In this document: positions 1 through 8,844 of the stretch, piece after piece
Layout of the letters: each line of letters opens with the position of its first letter
How positions within the stretch are numbered: the stretch's first letter is position 1
Assembly (NCBI GenBank): GCA_040380025.1
Contig: JBEIJY010000025.1
Location: 1 to 39,185 of the forward strand
Source of the DNA: Bdellovibrionales bacterium
GTDB lineage: Bacteria; Bdellovibrionota; UBA1018; CAIMNF01
DNA length: 39,185 nt
Reading direction: 5' to 3'
Translations under genes and position numbers: made by a program
The notes under the pieces: model-generated
The model's input: only the letters and a program-made list of their open reading frames with translations
Told to the model about the DNA's origin: nothing
Database searches by the model: none

Positions 1-369
1 CTCTCGGCGCTCGAGATCATCGACGAAGAAAAGCTCGTCGAGAACTCCCGGATCATGGGCGAATATTTCTTGAAACGCCTGAAGGCGTTCGAGGACCGGT
101 TTTCGTTTGTCGGCGAGGTGCGGGGCCGCGGACTCTTCCTTGCGGTCGAGATGGTCAAGAACAAGACCACCCGCGAGCCGCTCTCGAAGGCCGCTTGCCA
201 GTGGATCTTCATGGAGTGCCTGAAGCGAGGGCTTCTTACGATGTCCTATGCGGCGAGTTTCCGCATCCAGCCCGCGCTCACCATCGACGAAGGCACGATC
301 GACAATGCTGTCGCAATTCTCGATGAGGTATTTACGGCATTTGATCGCGAGAACGGACGGGAGATGTGA
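1..369 (+). CDS. Class III PLP-dependent aminotransferase, C-terminal part (5' end outside window)
   Basis: Frame is open from base 1; VGEVRGRGLFLAVEMVK and FRIQPALTI are typical of the class III aminotransferase C-terminal domain. Confidence 0.85.
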   Translation, partial: LSALEIIDEEKLVENSRIMGEYFLKRLKAFEDRFSFVGEVRGRGLFLAVEMVKNKTTREPLSKAACQWIFMECLKRGLLTMSYAASFRIQPALTIDEGTIDNAVAILDEVFTAFDRENGREM

Positions 370-1315
370 TCAGGCTCTTTTGCCGGCCCGCGAACTCGAG
401 CGCAAGACACACGAAAATCGCGTAGGTCGATCCCCACAGGATGTCCAGAATGTAGTGGTGGTTCAGGTACACGGCCGAGAAACACATCGACAGATAAAAC
501 ACGATGGTGAAGCCGCGAAGCGCCCCGTACCGGAAGGCGTAAAACACCGCCTGAAGCGGGTAGGCCACATGGAGCGAGGGGATGGCGCCGAAGACATCCG
601 CCGCACGTCCGTACATCTCGGTGAAGAATCGCGTCCCGAGCAGGGCATCAAAGCGAAGCGCGCCGGCCGCCGAGGCCGGAACCGAGAGATCGGCGGGTCC
701 GAGGCCGTACTGGGCCACATACCAAGGCGGAGCCGCCGCATACCAATAATAGGTCGTATACCCGAGGACATTCACAAAAAAGAAGGCCCACATCGGGCGA
801 TAGGCCTGGTTCCGGATCCATTCCGGGGAGCGGAGGGGCGTGCCTCTCTTCGGGAGCCAGAAGCAAAAGTACAAACAAATCAGCACATAGATCGAAATGA
901 AGCAGAGATAAAAAAATCCGGTGATCAGGTCCAGAACCGGATGCGTGTTCCTTTGCCACCATTCATTCGGAGTGAGCCTTCCCTCGGGTGTGTCGATGCC
1001 AAAGAAGGTCTTATCGAACCAGTACGGTTCCTCGACATGAATCGGGCCGCGGATCAGATCGGCGTAAATCCGCATGCTGTCGTAGACCACACCCACCAGA
1101 ATCAGAGGAATCAAAAAATCAAACAACGCCCGGAGTCTGGGACCCGCATACCAAAGAAGCAGTGCGAGCGACACGAGCGTCGGATGATCGATCCGGATTT
1201 CTCCGAATGCCGCAATGACCGCAAGATACACGGCACCGGTCGCGACGGGTGCGATTCTCTTGAACGGGGTCTGCGCCCGCCACCATTCTTGCCATTCTTT
1301 CAAGATCTCGTTCAT
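332..1315 (-). CDS. Aur1/inositol-phosphorylceramide-synthase-like PAP2 membrane protein
   Basis: Multiple TM helices; motifs YAAAPPWY, FGAIPSLHVAY and YLNHHYILD match the Aur1/PAP2_3 conserved blocks including catalytic His/His/Asp. Confidence 0.85.
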   Translation of the reverse strand: MNEILKEWQEWWRAQTPFKRIAPVATGAVYLAVIAAFGEIRIDHPTLVSLALLLWYAGPRLRALFDFLIPLILVGVVYDSMRIYADLIRGPIHVEEPYWFDKTFFGIDTPEGRLTPNEWWQRNTHPVLDLITGFFYLCFISIYVLICLYFCFWLPKRGTPLRSPEWIRNQAYRPMWAFFFVNVLGYTTYYWYAAAPPWYVAQYGLGPADLSVPASAAGALRFDALLGTRFFTEMYGRAADVFGAIPSLHVAYPLQAVFYAFRYGALRGFTIVFYLSMCFSAVYLNHHYILDILWGSTYAIFVCLALEFAGRQKSLITSPVRSRDQMP

Positions 1316-3750
1316 GGGGAGTTCTTTCTTTTTTCCCGAAGCCAGAGGAGAGCGGGGAGCGACACCACTGCGGCAAACACACAGGTGAATTCGCCCACGA
1401 TCGCAAGCGTCCCGAAGCTCACGAAGGCCTGATTGCTTGCCACCAGAAGCGATCCGTATCCGGTGACGGTGGTCAGGCTCGCGAGCAGGACGGCCCCGCC
1501 TGTTTCTTCGATGACCTTCAGGATATCACGGCCTTTTTCGTGACGGTATCGCTGAAAAATATTGACGCCGTAATCGACGCCGATGCCGAAGGTGATGGGG
1601 AGCGCGATGAAGTTCAGGAAGTTGATTTTTTGCTGGAACCCGAAAATGAACCCGCCGAGCCAGAGCACCCCGACCCAAAGCGCGAACGAGCACTGCAAAA
1701 TGAGAATCTTGTCGCGGAACAGGATCACCACCATGAGAAACACCGCAAGAAACGCAAACAGGGTGGCTTTCGGACCATCCGCAAGGATCGAAGAGAAAAG
1801 ATCGGCCGTGACCGGCAGGGTGCCTGCCACCGCGACTCCCGGCTCGATTTCATCTGCGGCCTCGCGGATGGAGCGCACGAAGTGGATGAGGTTGTCCGAC
1901 TTTGCGAGCTCGGGGCTCAGGGACGGCTCCACGAGCACGAGCTTTCCGATTGTGCCGTCTTTTTCGCGGAACTTGTCGCGTACCAGGGGCGGAAGATCTT
2001 GCATCGAGAAAGGTCTTCGCGACTCGGGCGAGAGGAGCTCTTGCGCCATTTTCCGGTCGGCGGGCGGCATCCGGTACAAAATGGATTGCGTCAGCATCAG
2101 GTTCACGTTTTGGAGGATTCGGATCTTTTCTTTTTGATCGGGCGGAAGAAAATCCCGGATCGAGCTGACGCCCGTGATGAAAGTCGTTTCTTTTTCTCGC
2201 TCCTGCACGGCGCGGATCGCTGCGGCAATTGCGGTCACGTTTTCTTCTTTTTTCGGGAGCACGACGATCGGGCTCAGGTAGCGCTCGAAGACACGGTCCA
2301 CATAGGTCGACCAGTGCATCGAGCCGCTCTCGAGGCTGTGGCGGTTCCGGAGCTTTTTCATGTCGGTCTCGATGATCGAGGCATCCGCGCGCACGAGGCT
2401 TGCGATCGAGAGCACGGTCAGAACCGCCGAGGCCGCCACGAGCACCTTCGGATACCGGTGGATCACCGTGCGGATCGCATTCATGATTTTCGACTTTCTC
2501 GGGCGCGGGGCGCGCTTCATGAGGCCTGCGCGGGAAGCCAGAAGCAAGAGCGCGGGAAGCACGGTATACGCCGAGATCCAGCACAAAATCATGCCGGCAA
2601 ACCCGAGAATGCCGAACTGCTGGAATCCGCGAAAGCTCGTGAGGCCGAGGGATCCGTAGGCAAGGGCCGCCGCACCGGCCGCAACTGCCGTGGCCGACAT
2701 GGACTGGCGCGCCGAGATGACGAGACTCCGGATGACATCTTTTCGCTTCCGGCGCTCCTCCATGAAGCGTGCAAGGAGGATGATGCCGAAATTGATGCCG
2801 TTTCCGATCACGATGCTCGCCATGAAGGCCGAGTTCGCATTCAGGTAGCCGACCAGGAAGTACCCCGCACCGAAGGTCCAGAGTGTGCCCGCAAAAAGAG
2901 AAAGGAGCAGACACAGGGTCGCCACGATGCTCCCGAAATAAAGGAACATCGCGACCGCAACCAGAACGCAGACGATGATGGTCGAGAGCGCGAGATCCTC
3001 GATCAGCGCCTCGTGTTCCTCGATCAGGTCCTGCACCCCGCCCGTGAAGCGGATCGTGGCATCTCTCGCGAACAAGGAGGGATTCACTTTTCTCAGTACT
3101 TCATCCAAGGCCTGTCGGAGCTTCAGGGCATTGCTGATCCCCGTGGCTCCGCCCGGCTGGTGGATGATCATGATCCGGATTTTTTCGTCCGGGGAAGCGT
3201 AATATCCCAAGGGGAATTTCTTGTACGGACCGGTTTTGGATTCGTACTTTTCGCGGATGGAGCGGATGTCGAGAACGGGTTCCCTCATCGGGTAGTTCCC
3301 GAGAATGGTCAGGGGGTTCATGAGCGCGGTCTCGTAGTCGATCTTCTGACGGATATATTTTTGGATTTGCTCCAAGTCCCCGGTTTCGATGAAAAGCGGT
3401 TTTCGAAGATCAAAAAAGCGGATCTCCTCGTCGATCCGGTATTCGACTCCGGCCGCGATGTCCTTCGGAAGGTTCCGGACCTCGTCCGCGATGGCGTCGA
3501 CCAATTTGCGGCTCCCGTCGGGGTGATCCGAGAAGATCACGAGTTCGAGGCTGTTGGTCGATTCGAGGCGCGAACGCACTTCGTTCAGGTCGAGCACGCT
3601 ACGGGCCTGGCTCGGCAATAGTTCTTCGATGTCCGTGCGCAGGTTCGAGAACAGGTGAACGGTGAAAAACAGCCCGACGGCCGTGAGCACTGCGCTCGCC
3701 ATCGCAACCAATCCCGCCCGTTTCAGAAGATGTCGGATCCAGAGTTTCAT
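1312..3750 (-). CDS. MMPL/RND-family lipid transporter
   Basis: 812 aa, duplicated architecture of TM1, periplasmic loop and 5 TMs; GNGINFGI and GIGVDYGV TM4/TM10 motifs; stop overlaps the start of the PAP2 gene by 4 bp. Confidence 0.9.
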   Translation of the reverse strand: MKLWIRHLLKRAGLVAMASAVLTAVGLFFTVHLFSNLRTDIEELLPSQARSVLDLNEVRSRLESTNSLELVIFSDHPDGSRKLVDAIADEVRNLPKDIAAGVEYRIDEEIRFFDLRKPLFIETGDLEQIQKYIRQKIDYETALMNPLTILGNYPMREPVLDIRSIREKYESKTGPYKKFPLGYYASPDEKIRIMIIHQPGGATGISNALKLRQALDEVLRKVNPSLFARDATIRFTGGVQDLIEEHEALIEDLALSTIIVCVLVAVAMFLYFGSIVATLCLLLSLFAGTLWTFGAGYFLVGYLNANSAFMASIVIGNGINFGIILLARFMEERRKRKDVIRSLVISARQSMSATAVAAGAAALAYGSLGLTSFRGFQQFGILGFAGMILCWISAYTVLPALLLLASRAGLMKRAPRPRKSKIMNAIRTVIHRYPKVLVAASAVLTVLSIASLVRADASIIETDMKKLRNRHSLESGSMHWSTYVDRVFERYLSPIVVLPKKEENVTAIAAAIRAVQEREKETTFITGVSSIRDFLPPDQKEKIRILQNVNLMLTQSILYRMPPADRKMAQELLSPESRRPFSMQDLPPLVRDKFREKDGTIGKLVLVEPSLSPELAKSDNLIHFVRSIREAADEIEPGVAVAGTLPVTADLFSSILADGPKATLFAFLAVFLMVVILFRDKILILQCSFALWVGVLWLGGFIFGFQQKINFLNFIALPITFGIGVDYGVNIFQRYRHEKGRDILKVIEETGGAVLLASLTTVTGYGSLLVASNQAFVSFGTLAIVGEFTCVFAAVVSLPALLWLREKRKNSP

Positions 3751-3791
3751 CGATTGTTCATGATCGAAGGGTCATTGTGGATGGTCTGTTA

Positions 3792-3868
3792 TGGCGCACC
3801 CGTCAGGACTTGAACCTGAAACCCTCTGATCCGAAGTCAGATACTCTATCCAATTGAGCTACGGGTGC
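3792..3868 (-). tRNA. tRNA-Arg (anticodon TCG)
   Basis: Reverse complement GCACCCGTAGCTCAATTGGATAGAGTATCTGACTTCGGATCAGAGGGTTTCAGGTTCAAGTCCTGACGGGTGCGCCA folds as a cloverleaf; anticodon loop CT-TCG-GA; encoded CCA. Confidence 0.95.
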
Positions 3869-3927
3869 TTCCAAGAGGCAAATTATCCCACCCCTGGCGT
3901 GCCCGCAAGAAGCTTTCGGCCTTGTGC

Positions 3928-3956
3928 TTGAGGGAACGGGCAAGAGGGGGTACACT
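3928..3956 (+). promoter_or_regulatory. Putative sigma-70 promoter of the small Cys-rich gene
   Basis: TTGAGG (3928-3933), 17 bp spacer, TACACT (3951-3956), followed by RBS AGGAGA and ATG at 3982. Confidence 0.45.
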
Positions 3957-3981
3957 GAAATCAGACACAGGAGATCTTGTC

Positions 3982-4209
3982 ATGAAAGCAAAGTCGATGA
4001 TTTTTACCAATCTGATTGCAATGGGATTCGTTTTCTCGCCTCTCGCCCACGCCAATGACGGAGCCGCCGCTCCGGCGGCGGATCAGGCCAAAGAAGCGAA
4101 GATGAGCGACTGTGACGGCGATTGCGATTGTAAGAAGTGCAAGCACAATAAAAAAGCCAAGAAGAAGTGCAAAAAGTGCAACACGCACAAGGACCAGCAC
4201 TCCGCATAG
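3982..4209 (+). CDS. Small secreted Cys/Lys/His-rich protein (75 aa)
   Basis: RBS AGGAGA upstream of ATG 3982; signal peptide ending PLAHA; C-terminal CDGDCDCKKCKH...KKCKKCNTH. Confidence 0.7.
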   Translation: MKAKSMIFTNLIAMGFVFSPLAHANDGAAAPAADQAKEAKMSDCDGDCDCKKCKHNKKAKKKCKKCNTHKDQHSA

Positions 4210-4222
4210 TAGAGAACCGCTC

Positions 4223-4849
4223 TTAGCGAAATTGAATCCGACCCTCAAGCTGTCGCGGGGCCTTGGGGGGATCATGATCCGGCACTCCCAGCACGACTGC
4301 ACAAAGGAGTTCGAGGCTTCCCGATTGGTGCTCGGGCAGTTCGTCCACGCCCAAAAACCGATCGACCTCGTCGCGAATCTCGAGCGGGGCTCCCATGGTG
4401 CAGGTCCCGAGGCCCTCGGCCACCGCCGCCAGATTCAAATTCTCGACCGCCATGTAAACCGATCCCACGCTGGTCAGATAGCGTTCCTCTTCGTCATTCA
4501 GGGAGTAGCAAAGAATCACCACGGGGGCCTCTCCCAAGGTAAAGAAAAACCGCTCGGTGAACGCATACAAGGAAGGCTTCAGGCGTTTTTCAAGAACATC
4601 CTTGATGCCCAGCCAGGACTTTTGCGAAAGCGCAAGGTACTGGTCCCGGGTTTCCCCGGTAAGCACAAAAAATCGCCAGTTCTGCCGGTTTTTTCCGGAC
4701 GGAGCCTCGATCGCCGCCGAAAGCAGGCGTTCGATCGTTTCTTTCGGAATGGGATCGGGTTTGAATTTCCGGATGGATCGACGCGAGCGCAGGAGCCGGT
4801 GGAATTCGGACCGGAACTCATCTGAGAAGGGATCGGAAAGGGGTTTCAT
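4223..4849 (-). CDS. Nitroreductase family protein
   Basis: RRSIRKF, APSGKNRQNWRF and ENLNLAAVAEGLGTC motifs; start moved to ATG 4849 because the longer ORF runs into the tRNA. Confidence 0.9.
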   Translation of the reverse strand: MKPLSDPFSDEFRSEFHRLLRSRRSIRKFKPDPIPKETIERLLSAAIEAPSGKNRQNWRFFVLTGETRDQYLALSQKSWLGIKDVLEKRLKPSLYAFTERFFFTLGEAPVVILCYSLNDEEERYLTSVGSVYMAVENLNLAAVAEGLGTCTMGAPLEIRDEVDRFLGVDELPEHQSGSLELLCAVVLGVPDHDPPKAPRQLEGRIQFR

Positions 4850-4861
4850 CGAGATGAAAAA

Positions 4862-4938
4862 TGGAGCGGGAAAAGGGGCTCGAACCCTCGACCTCCACGT
4901 TGGCAACGTGGCGCTCTAGCCAACTGAGCTACTCCCGC
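4862..4938 (-). tRNA. tRNA-Gly (anticodon GCC)
   Basis: Reverse complement GCGGGAGTAGCTCAGTTGGCTAGAGCGCCACGTTGCCAACGTGGAGGTCGAGGGTTCGAGCCCCTTTTCCCGCTCCA; anticodon arm CCACG-TTGCCAA-CGTGG. Confidence 0.95.
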
Positions 4939-5039
4939 ATCACAGGTTGATTACGCTAGGAAGACAGTCTTAGCCCAGAACCCGAAGGGTGGTCAAGAAT
5001 TTATTGCGGGGGCATTCCGGATCGCTTACCGTTTTGATC

Positions 5040-5597
5040 ATGAAAATTTATACGAAGTCGGGCGATCAGGGTGAAACCTCTCTTTGGGGAGGCGGACGCG
5101 TGACCAAGTCCCACCCCCGGGTGAATGCCTACGGCACGGTGGATGAGGCGAATTCGATGATCGGACTGGCGCTCTCGTTCGTGCCGGAAAGCGAGGCTCG
5201 CATCACGGAACGGCTGATCCGGATCCAGAATGAGCTGTTCCAGGTGGGGTCGGAGCTTGCCACCAGTCCGGGGACCGCGAACTCGTGCGCCTTTGTTTCG
5301 GATCAGGAGATCGCAACACTCGAGGCCGAGATCGATGAGATGGAAAGCACTCTCGCGCCCCTCAAAAACTTCATTCTCCCGAGCGGAAGCAGTGCGGGAT
5401 CCGCCCTGCATCTGGCTCGCACCATCGTCCGGCGTGCGGAGCGGGATTGTGTCGATCTCGGGCACAATGAGCCCATGCGCGAAGAGGTGGTCCGGTATCT
5501 GAACCGCCTGAGTGATTATCTGTTCGTGATGGCGCGATCGGTGAATTCGATCCTGGGTCGGGTCGAGACGCGTTGGCTCCCCCCGAAAAAATCCTAG
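5040..5597 (+). CDS. pduO: ATP:cob(I)alamin adenosyltransferase (PduO type)
   Basis: MKIYTKSGDQGET, AYGTVDEANS, LHLARTIVRRAER and YLNRLSDYLF signature motifs. Confidence 0.93.
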   Translation: MKIYTKSGDQGETSLWGGGRVTKSHPRVNAYGTVDEANSMIGLALSFVPESEARITERLIRIQNELFQVGSELATSPGTANSCAFVSDQEIATLEAEIDEMESTLAPLKNFILPSGSSAGSALHLARTIVRRAERDCVDLGHNEPMREEVVRYLNRLSDYLFVMARSVNSILGRVETRWLPPKKS

Positions 5598-6271
5598 CTC
5601 TGCTCGGAGGGGTTCCGGAGCGACTCCTTCAGTTTCCGCTCGCGCTTTTTTTGGCGCGCGAGCTTCTTTTGAATCCGTCGCTCCTTGCGGATCGCGGTCG
5701 CGACTTTCAGGCCCCGGAAGAAATCGACGACGTAATCCTTCGCGCTGATGAGCGAGAGCAGAAGCGAGGAATAGGTCATCCAGAGACCGATCTCGTAGAA
5801 CGGAATTCCCAAGCCTTCTTTGATCATCAGGCACGGAATCGCGATCATCTGGATCGCGGTCTTCCATTTTCCGCCCGAAGAGGCGCTGACAATCACGCCT
5901 TCGGCCGAGGCCAAGGCGCGGAGTCCCGTGATGGTGAGTTCGCGGCACACGAGGATCATCACCACGTACGGGCTCATTCGTTCGAGGTGCTCCAGCATGA
6001 TCAGTGAGCAGATGACGAGGAATTTGTCGGCAAGCGGGTCCAGGAGCTTTCCGTACACGGTTTCGATCTTGAGCTTGCGGGCAAGATAGCCGTCGAAATA
6101 GTCCGTGATGCTGGCGATGCCGAAAAAGACCGCGGCCCCGACGTCCCAGCCCGGAGTCTCGCGGGACAGGGCGAAAATCACGGCAGGAACCATCAAGACT
6201 CTGAACAGAGTCAGGTAGTTCGGAGTCGTATGAAAGGTCATTTGATCGAACGGCTCCTGAACGGGTTCCAT
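5594..6271 (-). CDS. pgsA: CDP-diacylglycerol--glycerol-3-phosphate 3-phosphatidyltransferase
   Basis: PNYLTLFR; CDP-alcohol phosphotransferase motif DYFDGYLAR...GKLLDPLADK; GKWKTAIQ. Confidence 0.92.
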   Translation of the reverse strand: MEPVQEPFDQMTFHTTPNYLTLFRVLMVPAVIFALSRETPGWDVGAAVFFGIASITDYFDGYLARKLKIETVYGKLLDPLADKFLVICSLIMLEHLERMSPYVVMILVCRELTITGLRALASAEGVIVSASSGGKWKTAIQMIAIPCLMIKEGLGIPFYEIGLWMTYSSLLLSLISAKDYVVDFFRGLKVATAIRKERRIQKKLARQKKRERKLKESLRNPSEQS

Positions 6272-6358
6272 GACCCTTTATTGTGCCTTCGGGGGTTCGG
6301 ATGCACAACCCGAAAATTTGCATTTCCGAATCGGATGGGGCTACACTGAAGCTCCGCT

Positions 6359-7057
6359 ATGGTGCATGAAAAACGAAAGCTTCCACGATTTCACATCACC
6401 CCCTGCCAGTTCCACGACGAGTCGCTCGGGAAAACCATTGCTGTTCATGATCTTTCTCCCGGGGGGCTTTCTTTGCGGCTTACGGATGAGTCGGATCTCG
6501 CCGCGTTTCCGGTGAGCTCCATCCATTCCGGGATTGTGAAGATCAGCGGCCGGAAATTCCCGTGCCGGATCCGCGTCCGGAATTTCAGAGGAGTCCTGGT
6601 GGGCGCGGAGTGGGAGTCTCCGTCTTCGGAGCTTTCGGTGCAACTCCGTGAGGTCTCCCAGCCGGAGCGGCTGGGTGAGAATCTCCGGCGGTACGAGATT
6701 CAGGATCTGAATGCCTCGGATTGGTTTCATAATCCCGTGGGCGTCGATCTGCTCGTTTATCCCGGAGGCGACAAAAATCCCGGTCCTTCGCGCTGGATGC
6801 TTTATATCCACCGGAACTTCATCCAGTGGGAATCCGAAACCGGAGTCCAGACCGGGCAGACGCTGGCCGAGGCGGACGAGGGCTATTCCCACGGAGTCGT
6901 GCGGATCGAGACCCGGCTGATCGAGTACGATGCTCGGGTCGATTTCGGTCTGATCCGGGCGGCCCAAGAGCTGGTCCGGCACGCGCCGATCGGGGATGCG
7001 GAACTGAAACAAATGGTTCTTTCGCAGCTGATTTCGCAACTGAATGGAGTGGTCTGA
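6359..7057 (+). CDS. PilZ-domain protein with unknown C-terminal domain
   Basis: N-terminal RKLPR (RxxxR) and DLSPGG (D/NxSxxG) c-di-GMP-binding motifs; first gene of a tight operon with glpX. Confidence 0.65.
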   Translation: MVHEKRKLPRFHITPCQFHDESLGKTIAVHDLSPGGLSLRLTDESDLAAFPVSSIHSGIVKISGRKFPCRIRVRNFRGVLVGAEWESPSSELSVQLREVSQPERLGENLRRYEIQDLNASDWFHNPVGVDLLVYPGGDKNPGPSRWMLYIHRNFIQWESETGVQTGQTLAEADEGYSHGVVRIETRLIEYDARVDFGLIRAAQELVRHAPIGDAELKQMVLSQLISQLNGVV

Positions 7058-7060
7058 AGC

Positions 7061-8014
7061 ATGAATCGGAATTTCGCACTGGAGTTCGTGAGAGTCACAG
7101 AGGCAGCGGCGCTTGCGAGCGCCCGGCTGATGGGTCGGGGAGATGAAAAGCTGGCCGATCAGGCGGCGGTCGACGCCATGAGGAATGCGTTGAATTCGAT
7201 CGAGTTCGACGGGCGGGTCGTGATCGGAGAAGGGGAGCGGGACGAGGCCCCGATGCTTTATATCGGCGAAAAGGTCGGAAAAGGCGGCTCCTCCAGACTG
7301 GATCTCGCGCTCGATCCGCTTGAGGGAACCACGATTTGCGCCAAGGGACTCAACAACTCGATCTCGGTGATCGCAGTGGCCGAAGAGGGAAAGTTCCTCC
7401 ATGCGCCCGATGTGTACATGGAGAAAATCGCGGTGGGTCCGGCCGCAAAAGGCGCGATTGATCTGAATCAAAGTCCGACGTGGAACCTGAGGGAAATTGC
7501 AAAAGCGAAAAAATGCTCGGTATCGGACCTGACGGCGATCATTCTGGATCGTCCCCGGCACGAGGAGCTGATTCGCGAGGTGCGCATGGCGGGAGCGCGG
7601 ATCTGGCTGATCGGAGACGGCGATGTTTCGGCCGCGATTGCCACGACCGAGCCCTTCAGCGGTGTCGACGTCTTGTTCGGAACGGGCGGCGCTCCCGAGG
7701 GTGTGATTGCCGCGGCGGCGCTCCGGTGCCGGGGCGGGGATTTCATCGGAAGGCTCGTCTTCCGGAATGACGATGAGCGGGAGCGCGCGGCGCGGATGGG
7801 AATCTCGAACCACGGGCGCATTTACGGAATCCAGGAGCTCGCAAGCGGCCGGGTGATGTTCTGTGCGACCGGTGTGACCCAAGGGACATTCTTGAATGGA
7901 GTGCGGTTTTTCCCGGGAGGGGCGCACTCCCATTCGGTGGTGATGCGTTCCGAAACGGGAACCATCCGCTACATTCAGACCGAGCACCGCTTTGAGCGGC
8001 CGAATCTGGGTTGA
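7061..8014 (+). CDS. glpX: Class II fructose-1,6-bisphosphatase
   Basis: VRVTEAAA, VIGEGERDEAPML, DPLEGT, GDGDV and GGAPEGV motifs. Confidence 0.96.
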   Translation: MNRNFALEFVRVTEAAALASARLMGRGDEKLADQAAVDAMRNALNSIEFDGRVVIGEGERDEAPMLYIGEKVGKGGSSRLDLALDPLEGTTICAKGLNNSISVIAVAEEGKFLHAPDVYMEKIAVGPAAKGAIDLNQSPTWNLREIAKAKKCSVSDLTAIILDRPRHEELIREVRMAGARIWLIGDGDVSAAIATTEPFSGVDVLFGTGGAPEGVIAAAALRCRGGDFIGRLVFRNDDERERAARMGISNHGRIYGIQELASGRVMFCATGVTQGTFLNGVRFFPGGAHSHSVVMRSETGTIRYIQTEHRFERPNLG

Positions 8015-8034
8015 TCGCAAAAGGAGGGTGAGAA

Positions 8035-8466
8035 ATGGCGCATGCGGAACACGAAAAAATTTATGAGGTGAGTGCCGGAAAGTATTTCCAGGCGGTCGCG
8101 GATTATTCGAAATACCCCGAGTTTATCGAAGGCATGAAGCGGGTGAGCGTCGATCGCGCCGCGGACGGCACGGCGACGGCGACGTATGATCTGACGATGA
8201 TGTCGAAAGACATGAGCTACACGCTAAAGCTCCGTGAAAATCCGGGGCAGGGCGAGGTTTCGTGGACGCTCCTCAAGAGTGATTTCTTCAAGATGAACAA
8301 CGGAGCTTGGAAGATCGAGCCACTCGGCCCTGAAAAGTGCCGGGTGAAGTATTCGCTCGAGGTGGACTTCAAATTTCCGGTTCCGTCGTTCATTCTGAAA
8401 GGGATTGTGAAGGGAACGCTTCCATCGATGATGGACAGTTTTTTCAAGAGGGCGAAACAATCATGA
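8035..8466 (+). CDS. SRPBCC/START (Coq10/RatA-like polyketide cyclase) protein
   Basis: VADYSKYPEFI, NNGAWKI and VKYSLEVDF pattern; RBS GGAGG upstream. Confidence 0.8.
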   Translation: MAHAEHEKIYEVSAGKYFQAVADYSKYPEFIEGMKRVSVDRAADGTATATYDLTMMSKDMSYTLKLRENPGQGEVSWTLLKSDFFKMNNGAWKIEPLGPEKCRVKYSLEVDFKFPVPSFILKGIVKGTLPSMMDSFFKRAKQS

Positions 8467-8810
8467 GCGATCAGAAAGACGACGAAGCAGGTTCCCTTTC
8501 GTGGGCCAAAAAACTGTTGACCGCCGGAGTGGGCACGTTCTTTTTGACCGAAGACGCCTTGAAAACCCTGGTCTCGGAATTCAAGCTTCCGAAGGAGATC
8601 GTGAGCGGAATTCTGGACGGCGCGAAAAACGTGCGCAAGGAGTTCATGCAGAATGTGGTCACCGAGATGATGGGGAAAATCCAGGACAAGGTCGATCCTG
8701 CCGTCATGATCGCGGATTTTTTCAGAAAGAACGAGGTCTCGTTCGAGGTGAAAATCAAGGTCCGCGAGAAGGGCGGAGGCAATCCGGGTCCGGATGCTCC
8801 GGCCGGCTGA
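8463..8810 (+). CDS. Hypothetical helical protein, weakly phasin-like
   Basis: ATGA overlap with the SRPBCC stop; KKLLTAGVGTFFLTED resembles phasin-like N-termini. Confidence 0.6.
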   Translation: MSDQKDDEAGSLSWAKKLLTAGVGTFFLTEDALKTLVSEFKLPKEIVSGILDGAKNVRKEFMQNVVTEMMGKIQDKVDPAVMIADFFRKNEVSFEVKIKVREKGGGNPGPDAPAG

Positions 8811-8844
8811 GGCCGGAATCCGCGCGAATCCCGTCCTTCGGGCC

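Noticed and set aside
248..3621. Long plus-strand ORFs (248-1432, 1540-3621) and similar ones elsewhere (6341-8020, 12336-13664, 23866-25422, 32272-33612, 32561-33913)
   Set aside because: Antisense or alternate-frame shadows of well-supported genes, expected in GC-rich DNA; no recognisable motifs.
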